Positions 19,299-29,077 of a DNA stretch of 64,000 bases are shown piece after piece (within the stretch, counting starts at the first letter, position 1; the number at the start of each line of letters is the position of its first letter). The notes below the pieces were generated by a model. That model saw only the letters and a program-made list of their open reading frames with translations, was not told the origin of the DNA and ran no database searches. Source of the stretch: Bacilli bacterium (GTDB taxonomy: Bacteria; Bacillota_I; Bacilli_A; RFN20; CAG-826). Position numbers and translations under genes: made by a program. The DNA is taken from the NCBI GenBank assembly GCA_024408295.1, contig JAKSVE010000001.1:21657-85656 (forward strand). Direction: 5' to 3'.

Positions 19299-19327
19299 AA
19301 TATATCATTATGAAGTTAAGCCGTCAA
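19299..19327 (-). promoter_or_regulatory. sigma-70-type promoter of the tRNA operon
   Basis: Minus strand: TTGACG, 17 nt, TATATT. About 25-30 nt upstream of the tRNA-Val 5' end. Confidence 0.55.
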
Positions 19328-19410
19328 TCAAATAAAAGACTTAATTTAAAGTTTTTTCTAATGTGTCATTATTTCCTTATTATTTATAATAATATATAAG
19401 GGGGCAGGTT

Positions 19411-19755
19411 ATGGACTATCGCAAGGACATTGAAAAATTAAATAGCCAACTAAGAATTTGGAAGACTATGATTATCGTCGGAGCCGTTTTGGGCGGCATT
19501 CTTTTCATGCTTGCCGTGTATTATGAAACCGCAGGCGTTCTTGAAGATAATGAAGGCTTGTATGCTATTGGAAACTTGATCGCTGTGCTTGCCGGCTTCC
19601 CGCTTGATGTTATGGTGGCAGGAATCATCCTAAATGCCATCTGGAGAAGAAGGATAATAAATAGAGTGAGACTGATGTCTGAGACGTCTAGTAACGATGC
19701 TCCAAAAGAAGACCCTTTATCAGATTTTGTGAACAAAGACGATCCATTTCATTAG
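19411..19755 (+). CDS. small membrane protein
   Basis: 114 aa with two hydrophobic helices. SD AAGGGGG upstream. Confidence 0.65.
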   Translation: MDYRKDIEKLNSQLRIWKTMIIVGAVLGGILFMLAVYYETAGVLEDNEGLYAIGNLIAVLAGFPLDVMVAGIILNAIWRRRIINRVRLMSETSSNDAPKEDPLSDFVNKDDPFH

Positions 19756-19785
19756 AAGTGGATTTTTCTTTATATAAATATAGAT

Positions 19786-19813
19786 ATAAAAAGCGACGAT
19801 ATTTCACGCCGCT
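19786..19813 (-). terminator. intrinsic terminator of pgi
   Basis: Minus strand: AGCGGCG TGAAATAT CGTCGCT then TTTTTATATC. Confidence 0.65.
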
Positions 19814-19827
19814 AATTTGATTTGGTA

Positions 19828-21117
19828 TTAGAATCCAGGCTTACCAAGAAGATGGAACATGTTCTTCTTGTAAACTTCAACTCCTGGCTGGTCGAATGGG
19901 TTGACTCCATTGAGGTATGCAGACATTGCGCAAGCGATTTCGAAGAAGTAGAAGAGGTATCCTAAGTTATGAGCAGACATCTTCTCGACGTCGAGGACGA
20001 TGTTTGATCTGTGGCCGTCGATGCTATGAGCTGCTAATGTGCCTTCATATGCCTTTTCCTGGACGTATGAGACTGTCTTGCCTTCGAGGTAGTTAAGACC
20101 ATCGAGGTTGTCGTCATCATGCCCGATTGTGACATCATGTCTATGATTGACGAAGTGGAGAACTGTCTCAAAGAATACTGAGCTTCCATCCTGGATGTAC
20201 TGACCTAATGAGTGTAAGTCTGTTGTGAATGTTGCGGATGATGGGAGGAGTGACTTTCCATCCTTTCCTTCGGATTCGCCATAAAGCTGCTTCCACCATT
20301 CTGATAACTGGCGGACGTTTGGACCATAAGTGATGAAGAATTCAACGTTCTTGTGCTCACGAGCGTAGATGATGTGACGAGCAACAGCATACTTGTATGC
20401 TTCGTTCTTCATGATGTCCTTCTCCATTGCGTCTAATCTAGCTTCTGCTGAACCTTCAAGAATTTCCTGAGGGTCGATGCCAGCACAAGCGATTGGGAAT
20501 AATCCAACTGCGGTCTGGACTGAGAATCTGCCACCGATGTTTGATGGGAGGACGAATGTTGTGTAGCCTTCCTTCTTAGCGAGTGTAAGGAGTGCGCCTT
20601 TCTCTTTATCGGTTGTTGCAAAGATTGCCTTTCTAGCTGCTTCTTTGCCGTCTCTCTTTTCAAGCAAATCCTTAACCAATCTGAATGCGATTGCAGTTTC
20701 AGTGGTGGTACCTGACTTTGAAATGACGTTGACTGCGAACTTCTTTGTCTTGAGGTAATCTAAGACCTGTGAGAGATAGCATGGATCTAGGTTCATGCCG
20801 AGCCAAATCATTTCGACTTTATCGTGGTTGAATACTCCATTGATTGCCTCGATTGCAGCTCTAGCGCCTAAATATGAACCGCCGATACCGCAAACGACAA
20901 GTGCTTCGTAGTTATCTCTAACATACTGAGCCTTTTCCTTGATTAATGCTAATTCTTCCTTGTCGTAGTTGACTGGATGGTCAACCCAACCTAAGAAGTC
21001 AGAACCTGCTCCGGTTCCTTCTCTGATCATCTTGTCGATTTTCTCGACTCTATCCTGATATCTTGCTGGATCTATCTTTTTTACTAAGTGATCCAAGTTT
21101 GTAACAACAACTGCCAT
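19828..21117 (-). CDS. pgi: glucose-6-phosphate isomerase
   Basis: ~430-aa Gram-positive-type PGI. Motifs GIGGSYLG, ISKSGTTTE, GGRFS. Confidence 0.93.
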   Translation of the reverse strand: MAVVVTNLDHLVKKIDPARYQDRVEKIDKMIREGTGAGSDFLGWVDHPVNYDKEELALIKEKAQYVRDNYEALVVCGIGGSYLGARAAIEAINGVFNHDKVEMIWLGMNLDPCYLSQVLDYLKTKKFAVNVISKSGTTTETAIAFRLVKDLLEKRDGKEAARKAIFATTDKEKGALLTLAKKEGYTTFVLPSNIGGRFSVQTAVGLFPIACAGIDPQEILEGSAEARLDAMEKDIMKNEAYKYAVARHIIYAREHKNVEFFITYGPNVRQLSEWWKQLYGESEGKDGKSLLPSSATFTTDLHSLGQYIQDGSSVFFETVLHFVNHRHDVTIGHDDDNLDGLNYLEGKTVSYVQEKAYEGTLAAHSIDGHRSNIVLDVEKMSAHNLGYLFYFFEIACAMSAYLNGVNPFDQPGVEVYKKNMFHLLGKPGF

Positions 21118-21121
21118 TGTT

Positions 21122-21472
21122 TTAGTCTCCGTTCTCTTCTTTAATCCATTCAGGAAGCTTTTTCTCCAATTCTGCGAATGAGATGTCTTCCTCGTTGATT
21201 TTCTTTTTTCTTAGTGGTTTCTTTCTTTCCTGCGAGGTTACTCCTTTTAGAGAAACCTTCATGAAGTCTTTTTCCGGGTCGTAGTCTATCACTTTTACCT
21301 TGTAAATGTTGCCAACTTGTACATAACCGGCAAAATTTCTTACATAACTGTTAGATAATTCCGAAATGTGGAGTAACCCAGTCTCTTCATCATCGAATAG
21401 AAGGATGGCATATTTTGGGTATACTCTAACGACTGTGCCCTCGATGATATCGCCTACTTGTGAATGGCTCAT
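21122..21472 (-). CDS. S1 RNA-binding domain protein (YabR/GSP13-like)
   Basis: GDIIEGTVVRVYPKYAILLF...GLLHISE S1 fold pattern with a basic tail. Confidence 0.85.
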   Translation of the reverse strand: MSHSQVGDIIEGTVVRVYPKYAILLFDDEETGLLHISELSNSYVRNFAGYVQVGNIYKVKVIDYDPEKDFMKVSLKGVTSQERKKPLRKKKINEEDISFAELEKKLPEWIKEENGD

Positions 21473-22173
21473 GCGCTTTCCTCCTCGAATCTTTTCATAT
21501 CGTCAATCGTGTTGATTTTATAGTTTCCCGAATTGCCTTTTACAATAGCAGGGGCCATATGAAGCTCGTTCAACACCAACGAACCTTCATCTGTGTAATC
21601 TCCTAAATGGTCTTTTGCTTTATCCATCGCACTCTTGAGGATGAATAATCTTCCTCCTTGAGGCGTAGCAAGGAGTATAGCGTGACTTCTATCCTGGTAG
21701 GAGACGATTCTATCTCCGTCCATTGACACGGCAAGCGAATCGGTGACAGGGAATGCAACGACTGCGAATCCCGCCTCTTCTATCTTCTTGACCATAGGGG
21801 TGATGTATTTACCGCTATGAGGTCTATCAGCATCGGTGATCAAGACAATCGTATTCTTGTCTTCTTTTTCGCTGATTGCCTTTATGGCGTTATATGCGCT
21901 CTCTTCTCTAGTTTCTCCGGATATTGCGTAGGAGTATTTCTTGGAATATCCAACCCTATTCAATATCTGTCCGATTAGAGGGAAGTAATCGATCTTTGCA
22001 ACAAACACAACCTCATCGATTATTTCATTGCTTTCGAATGCCTTAGCAACGTGCAAGAAAAGCTCTTGGCCTCTTGCCATGACGTATTGCTTTGGAGTAT
22101 CTCCTCCAAACCTTACCCCAGAGCCACCCATCAAGATGACCCCGATTACCTTATTTCCTGCCGAATTACACAT
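21469..22173 (-). CDS. ispD: IspD-family cytidylyltransferase (2-C-methyl-D-erythritol 4-phosphate; a TarI-like role not excluded)
   Basis: GGSGVRFGGDTPKQY N-terminal motif, TDADRP, ATPQG. 4-nt overlap with the S1 gene. Confidence 0.75.
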   Translation of the reverse strand: MCNSAGNKVIGVILMGGSGVRFGGDTPKQYVMARGQELFLHVAKAFESNEIIDEVVFVAKIDYFPLIGQILNRVGYSKKYSYAISGETREESAYNAIKAISEKEDKNTIVLITDADRPHSGKYITPMVKKIEEAGFAVVAFPVTDSLAVSMDGDRIVSYQDRSHAILLATPQGGRLFILKSAMDKAKDHLGDYTDEGSLVLNELHMAPAIVKGNSGNYKINTIDDMKRFEEESA

Positions 22174-22215
22174 CTAGAATAGTGTATCACTTTATTTTGC
22201 TGTCTATAAGATAGC

Positions 22216-22247
22216 AAAAGAAAAAGAGAAGCGTTTTCATGCTTCCC
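22216..22247 (-). terminator. intrinsic terminator of the zinc-ribbon membrane protein gene
   Basis: Minus strand: GGGAAGC ATGAAAAC GCTTCTC then TTTTTCTTTT. Confidence 0.65.
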
Positions 22248-22262
22248 TTTTGATGTTTTTGT

Positions 22263-23393
22263 TTAGTTCTTCTCGAGCAAGTTAGCAACGACAAGTCCAA
22301 CTGAAGCGATGAGTGAGAATGTCAATGCTGTAGCAAGTGAGCCATTTACTGTTGCAACAGCTGCGCCGAAGTCGATGAGTGTGATGAATACGCTTGCGGT
22401 GACGAGTGATGCGACGATTAATCCAGCAGATGCGAATCCAGCGATGAATGAGATCTTAGAATTCTTTTCTGATTTGACTAAGGATGCGTATCCCGTACCG
22501 ACTGAGATCGAACCGGCAATGACTGCTAAGATGATGATGATTCCGACGACCAAGAACATGATTCCTGAGACCATTTCGCCGGTTAAGCCTGTTGCCTGGC
22601 CTGTGACGATCTGCTTGATTGCTGAGAGCAAGAATGCGTTTGTGGTGTTGTTATATGACTTAGCCATATTGAGTGCGCCTCTCATAGCGGTGCAGACACC
22701 GGAGATTCCGAAGACTCCTGAGACGAATCTGATAGCAGAAGTTGCAATCTTTCCTCCGTCTTTCTTAGCGATTCCGAGTACGAATGAACCGATGAGTAAG
22801 GCAAGAAGAACAATGATCATCGAGAAGATAGCGTAAATCTTGCCACCTCCATTTGATGAGTAAATGCTTGGTGTTTCGCCTTCTTCGAAGTAGAGGGAGA
22901 AGACGATTCCGTAGTAGATGAGGGTTGTCAATGTGACGATAGCCAAGTTCTTAGCGTATTTGATTTCCTGCCCTTTCTTAAGAACCAAGATTGAGTTGAT
23001 AAGTCCGCGAATTGCGTAGAAATATACAACTACAGTTGCAGCTAAGAATGCCACTAAACCAATGATGGTCTTTGTCATCTCGATTGTTACCTGAGCATCC
23101 GAGACGCCTTGATGGCGGAGGTTGTTGATGTGTGGCCATGCTTCCCACAAGAAGTAGTAGCCGCCGACTTCATTTCCGCCGACTCTAATTACTGGGGTGA
23201 TGATGTAGATGAGAGCTGTTGCAAAGAAGATGATCATCACGACTGAGAGAATTGCGTTGAACACTCTTTCAGCGCTGGCTCTTTGCTTTTTGTCAGCTGG
23301 TTTTGGAGCGCCGCATTTTGTGCAGAATTTTTCGGTATTTCCTTCTTCTCCGCACTTAGGACACTTCCATGTTTGAGAGACGTTATTTTCCAT
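22263..23393 (-). CDS. polytopic membrane protein with N-terminal zinc ribbon
   Basis: CPKCGEEGNTEKFCTKCG followed by about 8 hydrophobic helices. SD AGGAGGAG. Confidence 0.75.
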   Translation of the reverse strand: MENNVSQTWKCPKCGEEGNTEKFCTKCGAPKPADKKQRASAERVFNAILSVVMIIFFATALIYIITPVIRVGGNEVGGYYFLWEAWPHINNLRHQGVSDAQVTIEMTKTIIGLVAFLAATVVVYFYAIRGLINSILVLKKGQEIKYAKNLAIVTLTTLIYYGIVFSLYFEEGETPSIYSSNGGGKIYAIFSMIIVLLALLIGSFVLGIAKKDGGKIATSAIRFVSGVFGISGVCTAMRGALNMAKSYNNTTNAFLLSAIKQIVTGQATGLTGEMVSGIMFLVVGIIIILAVIAGSISVGTGYASLVKSEKNSKISFIAGFASAGLIVASLVTASVFITLIDFGAAVATVNGSLATALTFSLIASVGLVVANLLEKN

Positions 23394-23417
23394 AAAGTTC
23401 TCCTCCTAATGCCCAAC

Positions 23418-23446
23418 ATTATAAACCTATTTGTTATGAAATACAA
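23418..23446 (-). promoter_or_regulatory. candidate promoter of the zinc-ribbon membrane protein gene
   Basis: Minus strand: TTGTAT, 17 nt, TATAAT. Confidence 0.45.
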
Positions 23447-23472
23447 AAAACCACAGTTTTCTAGTCCTGTGG
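23444..23472 (-). terminator. intrinsic terminator of the HAD gene (overlaps its stop)
   Basis: Minus strand: CCACAG GACTAGAAAA CTGTGG then TTTTTTGTAT. Confidence 0.7.
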
Positions 23473-24294
23473 CTTCTCTTTGTTTTCGTGCTTTCCGAGT
23501 TCCTCGGCAATCTCGATTCCCTTAATGATGAGCTTCATAAGCTTTTCGAGTTGCTTGCCTTCTCTATAGTCGGCGAATGCCATGTAGTTGACTCTGCCTT
23601 CGTTATAAAGTGGAGCGACTTTCTCCTTGCATCCCTGCTTATATACGGCGATTGATTTACCTCCGTTGTTCTTGGCAAGAATCATTGCAGGAACGTCTGT
23701 CATTCCATCACCGATATAGATGATGTTTGAATATGGGATTCTCTTATTTGGTGTCTTTTCGTTTAGACCTTGGTCATCGGAGACGTCGGTTACTCCTTTT
23801 GCTATGCGGAAGAAGTACTGCGTCTTCTGGGTGAAGTTGATTGTAAGCTTTGGCCAATAGATCTCTCCATTTTCATCGAATAGGTATTCGCAAGCGTACA
23901 TCTTGGTGAATTCCTTTGCGATAGCGCAGCCATCGACGATTTCTTTGTTGCCAGAAGAGATTAAGTAATGTTCAACCTGGAGACCATGAGCTTTGCCATA
24001 GTCGTTAATTCTTTGGAACCAAGTCTCAACTCCTGGGAAGAACTTGATGTTTTTTCCCATCTCATTGAGCCATTCCTTTGTCATCTTGATGCCTTTTTCT
24101 TCAGCGGCTTTCTTCATGACATAGAGGTATGAGAGGATTCTATCTGCACCGGTTTTTGCAGAGAATTCTCCTGTTTTTGCCCAGAATTCAGCTGGGGTCA
24201 TTCCTAATGCAGGGACGAATCCGAAATCCTGCATGTCCTTCTTTGCTAACGTGGAATCAAAATCATAAAGAATTGCAACAATTGGTTTGGCCAT
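23461..24294 (-). CDS. HAD superfamily hydrolase
   Basis: Motif I (ILYDFDSTL) and motif IV (GDGMTD). ATG 24294 is preceded by AGAGG. Confidence 0.8.
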   Translation of the reverse strand: MAKPIVAILYDFDSTLAKKDMQDFGFVPALGMTPAEFWAKTGEFSAKTGADRILSYLYVMKKAAEEKGIKMTKEWLNEMGKNIKFFPGVETWFQRINDYGKAHGLQVEHYLISSGNKEIVDGCAIAKEFTKMYACEYLFDENGEIYWPKLTINFTQKTQYFFRIAKGVTDVSDDQGLNEKTPNKRIPYSNIIYIGDGMTDVPAMILAKNNGGKSIAVYKQGCKEKVAPLYNEGRVNYMAFADYREGKQLEKLMKLIIKGIEIAEELGKHENKEKPQD

Positions 24295-24330
24295 AATAAA
24301 TACCTCTGCTGAAAATAACTTCAGCAAATA

Positions 24331-24359
24331 AGTATAATTTCATACTTATTAATTGTCAA
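24331..24359 (-). promoter_or_regulatory. candidate promoter of the HAD gene
   Basis: Minus strand: TTGACA, 17 nt, TATACT. Followed by a 5'-UTR hairpin TGCTGAA/TTCAGCA. Confidence 0.5.
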
Positions 24360-24375
24360 ATTAGGCCGATGGATA

Positions 24376-25908
24376 CTAGAAGAATAACTCGTAATCAACC
24401 AATCCATCGTAGAAGTCTTTTTCGTGGGAGACGATGATGACAGCGCCAGGGAATCTCTCAACTGCATCAAACAATGCGTCCTTGGCCTTCTGGTCTAGGT
24501 GGTTTGTGGGTTCGTCCAATACGAGGAAGTTAGCTTTCTTGAGAGTCATTAAAGCAAATCTTGTCTTTGTTACTTCGCCTCCGGAGAGTTCGCTCATAGG
24601 GCGCAATGCTAAGTCTTTTCTGACCCCGCAGTTTCCGAGCGCAGTTCTAATCTGGGTATTGTTTAAATCTGGGTAGTGGGAGTGGAGGAATTGGAATGGG
24701 GTAAGAGACATATCAATTCTCTCGTCCTGACTATAGTAGTTGATAACAGTTCCTTCGAGCCATCTGAATTCGCCATCGATTGTAGGGATGATGTCTAAAA
24801 TTGATTTGAGAAAAGTGGTCTTTCCAACGCCATTTTGGCCAAGAATTGCAATCTTTTCGCCTTTATTGAGGATAAAACTGATTGGATCAAGAAGTGGTTT
24901 GCCCTTATATCCGATTGATAATTCTTCAACAATCAATGGCTTTTCTCCAACATCATGGGTGAATGGGAATGAGAAACGGACGAAGCCTTCCTCTTTGCCT
25001 GGAGCATCCATAACATCTAAGTGAGCAAGCCTTGCTCTATGCGATTTAGCCGCTTTAGCGGATGTTGCTCTAACGATATGTTTAGCGATGAATTCCTCTT
25101 CCTTCTTGATGTATCTTTGCTGAGCTTCGTAATTCTTCTGGTACTGCTCTTTGTCGATTTCGTGTTGGACGAGGTAGTGTTCGAAGTCACCTTTGTATCT
25201 TGTGATGGTGCCGTTTTCTAAAACGAAGACGACATTTGCGATTTTCTTTAAGAATTCTTGGTCGTGAGAGACGACTAAGAATGCGTTTGGGTATGAGTTG
25301 AGGTATGAAGCTAGCCAAGCAACTTGGGACTGATCCAAGAAGTTTGTTGGCTCGTCCATTATTAAAACATCTTTTTCCTCGAGCAACATCTTCGCGATAT
25401 AGGCCTTCTCTCTTTGACCGCCTGAAAGCTCGTGAAGAGGCATATCTAAATGAGTTCTATCAAAGCCAAGTCCATCACTGATACGGCCAACCTTTTCCTG
25501 TAAAGAGTAGAAGTCTGCTTGCTCTAGTTCGTCTTGAAGTCTCTGTGCTTTTGCGAGGATTTTCTCAAAATCATCGGAATATGCAGCCTTTTCATATAGT
25601 TCTTCCATCTGTTTCTCTTTAGCGAAAAGATGTTTGTAAACACCATAAAGGTAGTCTTCAACAGGCATATCCTGCTGGACTTTTAACTGCTGGTCTAAAT
25701 ATGAATAAGTAACTCCATTGGTCCAAGACACCTTTCCTGAATCAGGGGTTATATCGCCGACGATCATAGACAAAATAGTGGTCTTGCCACAGCCATTCAC
25801 TCCAACAAGGCAGCAGTGCTCCCCAAGGTTTACCTTCATGTTAGCCTTCTTGTAGAGCTCCTTGTCTGAGTAGTTAAATTCGATGTCCGTTAATTCGAGT
25901 AATGCCAT
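24376..25908 (-). CDS. ABC-F family ATPase (translation-associated type)
   Basis: Two ABC cassettes (GVNGCGKTT, GQNGVGKTT; LSGGQREK, LSGGEVTK) and no TM segments. Start taken at MALLELTDIEF. Confidence 0.88.
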   Translation of the reverse strand: MALLELTDIEFNYSDKELYKKANMKVNLGEHCCLVGVNGCGKTTILSMIVGDITPDSGKVSWTNGVTYSYLDQQLKVQQDMPVEDYLYGVYKHLFAKEKQMEELYEKAAYSDDFEKILAKAQRLQDELEQADFYSLQEKVGRISDGLGFDRTHLDMPLHELSGGQREKAYIAKMLLEEKDVLIMDEPTNFLDQSQVAWLASYLNSYPNAFLVVSHDQEFLKKIANVVFVLENGTITRYKGDFEHYLVQHEIDKEQYQKNYEAQQRYIKKEEEFIAKHIVRATSAKAAKSHRARLAHLDVMDAPGKEEGFVRFSFPFTHDVGEKPLIVEELSIGYKGKPLLDPISFILNKGEKIAILGQNGVGKTTFLKSILDIIPTIDGEFRWLEGTVINYYSQDERIDMSLTPFQFLHSHYPDLNNTQIRTALGNCGVRKDLALRPMSELSGGEVTKTRFALMTLKKANFLVLDEPTNHLDQKAKDALFDAVERFPGAVIIVSHEKDFYDGLVDYELFF

Positions 25909-25950
25909 AACGGAAGAAGTATAGCGATATTCAAAAGAAAAAGCCACTCA

Positions 25951-26151
25951 TTAAGAGTGACTTCCTTTGTTGCAACAGCATGACTTGTGGTATTCATCTA
26001 CAAGTGAATTGCACTTTGAACAATTCCCATTATCACATCCGCTGCAGCAGTGTATAGGCTTCTTCCTTTTCTTCTTCACTAGGACGATTATGAGTGGATT
26101 GAGCACAATCAACAACGCCAACAGGATGAATAGATATTCAAACCATTCCAT
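25951..26151 (-). CDS. FeoB-associated Cys-rich membrane protein
   Basis: 66 aa. One TM, then CCSGCDNGNCSKCN...CCC. ATG 26151 is 3 nt after the feoB stop. Confidence 0.75.
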   Translation of the reverse strand: MEWFEYLFILLALLIVLNPLIIVLVKKKRKKPIHCCSGCDNGNCSKCNSLVDEYHKSCCCNKGSHS

Positions 26152-26153
26152 GC

Positions 26154-28448
26154 TTATGCGCCTTTTGAGGTCTCCTTGTTCCTGGACATGACGATGTAGG
26201 CCACAACAACGATGAACGCTAAGCCGAATAGAGTGAAGAGCAATCCACCCCACCAAGCGATTTCGTAGAGTCTTCCAACCCAGAACACGACACCTGATAA
26301 CACATAGGAGATGATGATCCAGAACAACATCGTCTTAACGAATTCTTTTCTGGTCTGTTCAGCATATGCAGTTGAAATTGCGGCCATGCATGGGAATGTA
26401 AGGAGATTGAATACCGCGAACGCATAGATTCCTGCACCAGTGATTGAACCGGATAGTGCAATTGATTCTGCCAATGCACCTTCGTCTCCGCTTGAGAAGA
26501 GAAGTGCCATCGTTCCGACAACATCTTCCTTTGCGACCAATCCAGTCAGCGATGAAACGACATATTTCCAGCCATCTTCGCCCATTGCCCATCCCGTTGG
26601 GTGGAAGACATATGCTAATGCCTTGCCAACATAGCCGATAAGCGAATTGCCCATGTCCTCGACCATGCAGAATGTTCCGTTTTCAACGCCGAATGACTGC
26701 AAGAACCAAATGACTACGAGAGAGGCAGCGATAATGGTTCCAGCCTTGATGACATAGTGCTTAAGCTTTTCCCAAAGGTGAGCACCGACGTTTCTAGGCT
26801 GAGGCATGTGATATTGAGGCAATTCCATAATAAATGGAGAGACGTACTGTTCTTTGTCGAATAATCTCATGAATATGGCAAGGATAACCGCCAAGAAGAT
26901 ACCGCCAACGTACATGGAGAATACGAATATGTCGGCATAGTGGAGGCCTAATGCTCCAATAACGGCGGCAAGTAAGGTCCAGATTGGAGCCTTCGCACCG
27001 CAAGAGAAACAGGTGATCAATCTGATTGTTCTGTTCTTCTCTTTTTGATCTTCAAGCGTTCTAGTGGCCATGATTGCAGGGACTGAACAACCAAATCCAG
27101 TAAGCATTGGGATGAATGCTTTTCCTGATAAACCGAATTTTCTGAATGCTCTATCAAGGATGAAGGCAACACGTGCCATATATCCTGAGTCTTCTAGGAT
27201 CGCCATGAACAAGAAGAGCATCATAATCTGAGGAATGAAACTGCAAACCGCATCAAGGCCATTTAATAATCCATCGACGATTAATGAGCAGTACCAAGTC
27301 TCGGATGCGCCTGCCATATCGAATAACGCGTTGGCGCCATCCATAAGCGATCCGGTCAAGAACCCGAACCAAGATTGAAGGAAGACACCAAGCGATGGAA
27401 TGCCTTCTAAGGCGGCAACCTCGCCCGTTATCTCATCTATTTCAGCCCCCATACCGGTAAAGAAGTTGATGACACCGACATTTTGAATATTCAATCCGGC
27501 TTCGCTTCCGAACCAATTTGCGATTGTCCCCATGAAGAGGAAGTCTTCGGCAAACGTGAAGTGGAAGATGACAAACATGATTGCGATGAAGATTGGGATT
27601 CCCCACCATCTATGGGTCATAACTTTATCTATTTTGTCGGATTTTGTAAGCTTTTCTTCCTGTTTTGCGGATTTTTTGCTGACAACTGTAGAGAAATGAT
27701 TTGAGATGTAACTGTATCTTGCATCCGATACCAAAGCCTCAAAATCATCTCCGAATACTTCATCGGTGAACGTTGCTTTGAAGGCGTCCACCATTTTGAC
27801 CAAGTCTTTATGGTTATCGATTTCTATTTCATCGTTCTCAACAAGCTTAACCGCATGGAATAGAGGATTATCTACTCCCATCCCTTCAAAAGCGATTTTG
27901 ACATCGTTGATCAAGTGGTGGAGGTTGCTATCCTCAAGCACCGTGTTCCCTTTTCTTGGAGTCTTGGATGCTTCTATTGCTTTCTCCATCAACTCCTTAA
28001 TGCCTTCTCCTTTTAGTGCGGAGATGCTGACAACAGGAACTCCAAGTCTTCGAGACAAGTCGTCAACATTGATGCTGTCGCCATTCTTCTTTACGGCGTC
28101 CATCATGTTCAACGCAACGACTAAAGGGATGTCCATCTCCATGATTTGGGTGGTGAGATAGAGGTTTCTTTCTAGGTTCGTAGCATCGACGATGTTTATG
28201 ACGCAATCTGGTTTCTCATCTATGATGAAATTACGAGATACGACTTCTTCAGGCGTATATGGGGAAAGAGAATAGATGCCTGGCAAGTCGACGATTGATA
28301 CGTCTTCATTGCCTTTCTTATAAACGCCTTCTCTCTTATCAACCGTGACTCCTGGCCAGTTGCCAGTATGGGCGGTGGAGCCAGTCAAGGCGTTGAATAA
28401 TGTGGTCTTTCCTGAGTTAGGATTGCCAGCTAATGCGAATTTCTTCAT
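26154..28448 (-). CDS. feoB: ferrous iron transporter B
   Basis: N-terminal G domain GNPNSGKTT...DLPG with a polytopic C-terminal permease. 764 aa. Confidence 0.95.
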   Translation of the reverse strand: MKKFALAGNPNSGKTTLFNALTGSTAHTGNWPGVTVDKREGVYKKGNEDVSIVDLPGIYSLSPYTPEEVVSRNFIIDEKPDCVINIVDATNLERNLYLTTQIMEMDIPLVVALNMMDAVKKNGDSINVDDLSRRLGVPVVSISALKGEGIKELMEKAIEASKTPRKGNTVLEDSNLHHLINDVKIAFEGMGVDNPLFHAVKLVENDEIEIDNHKDLVKMVDAFKATFTDEVFGDDFEALVSDARYSYISNHFSTVVSKKSAKQEEKLTKSDKIDKVMTHRWWGIPIFIAIMFVIFHFTFAEDFLFMGTIANWFGSEAGLNIQNVGVINFFTGMGAEIDEITGEVAALEGIPSLGVFLQSWFGFLTGSLMDGANALFDMAGASETWYCSLIVDGLLNGLDAVCSFIPQIMMLFLFMAILEDSGYMARVAFILDRAFRKFGLSGKAFIPMLTGFGCSVPAIMATRTLEDQKEKNRTIRLITCFSCGAKAPIWTLLAAVIGALGLHYADIFVFSMYVGGIFLAVILAIFMRLFDKEQYVSPFIMELPQYHMPQPRNVGAHLWEKLKHYVIKAGTIIAASLVVIWFLQSFGVENGTFCMVEDMGNSLIGYVGKALAYVFHPTGWAMGEDGWKYVVSSLTGLVAKEDVVGTMALLFSSGDEGALAESIALSGSITGAGIYAFAVFNLLTFPCMAAISTAYAEQTRKEFVKTMLFWIIISYVLSGVVFWVGRLYEIAWWGGLLFTLFGLAFIVVVAYIVMSRNKETSKGA

Positions 28449-28450
28449 AG

Positions 28451-28690
28451 TTAACCTCCTACCTCAACAAGGATGTATTGGGCTTCGTCTTTTCTAAGAG
28501 ACAATTCGTATCCTCTGATTGTGATTTCGACTGGATCGCCCATCGGAGCGACCTTGCGAAGGTAAACGGTGGTGTTAGGCGTCACGCCCATATCGAATAG
28601 ACGCCTTCTGATCCTGCCTTCGCCTTGCACGCTTTTAATTAGGCCAGTCTCGCCTACGTGCAATTCTGATAATTTCTTTAGCATTTCCAA
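28451..28690 (-). CDS. feoA: FeoA family protein
   Basis: 79 aa SH3-like FeoA pattern (RRLFDMGVTPNTTV...GDPVEI). Confidence 0.88.
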   Translation of the reverse strand: MEMLKKLSELHVGETGLIKSVQGEGRIRRRLFDMGVTPNTTVYLRKVAPMGDPVEITIRGYELSLRKDEAQYILVEVGG

Positions 28691-28713
28691 TTTCCTTCCT
28701 TAATGTTTTGAGC

Positions 28714-28926
28714 TTAAGCGATGAATATCTTCCTTGATAAAGAAGCATCCAAAGCAAGCCTACCGTCTTTGACTTTAAGGATTACCCCGCCAGATTGGAC
28801 GCTTAAGACAGTCACGGTGGAATTCAACGTAATTCCTAGGTTTTCTAGGTGCTTCTTGGTCTTTTCATCCGCGATTATCCTTACGATTCTTACCTCCTGA
28901 TCAACAGGAGCCATGATGATTGGCAT
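28714..28926 (-). CDS. feoA: FeoA family protein (second copy)
   Basis: 70 aa, LENLGITLNSTVTV...GGVILKV. SD AAAGGAGAA. Confidence 0.85.
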   Translation of the reverse strand: MPIIMAPVDQEVRIVRIIADEKTKKHLENLGITLNSTVTVLSVQSGGVILKVKDGRLALDASLSRKIFIA

Positions 28927-28943
28927 AGTGGTTTCTCCTTTCA

Positions 28944-29018
28944 GTTAGACGATGCTAACTCCGTAATTATAATCATTTATAAGTTAGATACAACTAATTT
29001 ATGTTAGAATTAACTAAC
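28944..29018. promoter_or_regulatory. three GTTAG-N6-CTAA(C/T) inverted-repeat operators in the feo / regulator divergent region
   Basis: GTTAGACGATGCTAAC (28944-28959), GTTAGATACAACTAAT (28983-28998), GTTAGAATTAACTAAC (29003-29018). Confidence 0.6.
28966..28993 (-). promoter_or_regulatory. candidate feo operon promoter
   Basis: Minus strand: TTGTAT, 16 nt, TATAAT. The -35 lies inside operator 2, and operator 1 lies between the -10 and the SD. Confidence 0.5.
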
Positions 29019-29077
29019 TAGTAAAAATATGGAAATACTAGGAGAATAGTTTTATCCTTATGGATAGAGGTATCTTT

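Noticed and set aside
22309-22836. 175-aa plus-strand ORF
   Set aside because: It is antisense to the zinc-ribbon membrane protein gene. Its low-complexity composition is typical of a shadow ORF.
26219-26592. Same-strand alternative-frame ORFs (101 aa, 77 aa) inside feoB
   Set aside because: They lie wholly within the feoB coding region in other frames. Their Arg/Cys-rich composition indicates off-frame artefacts.
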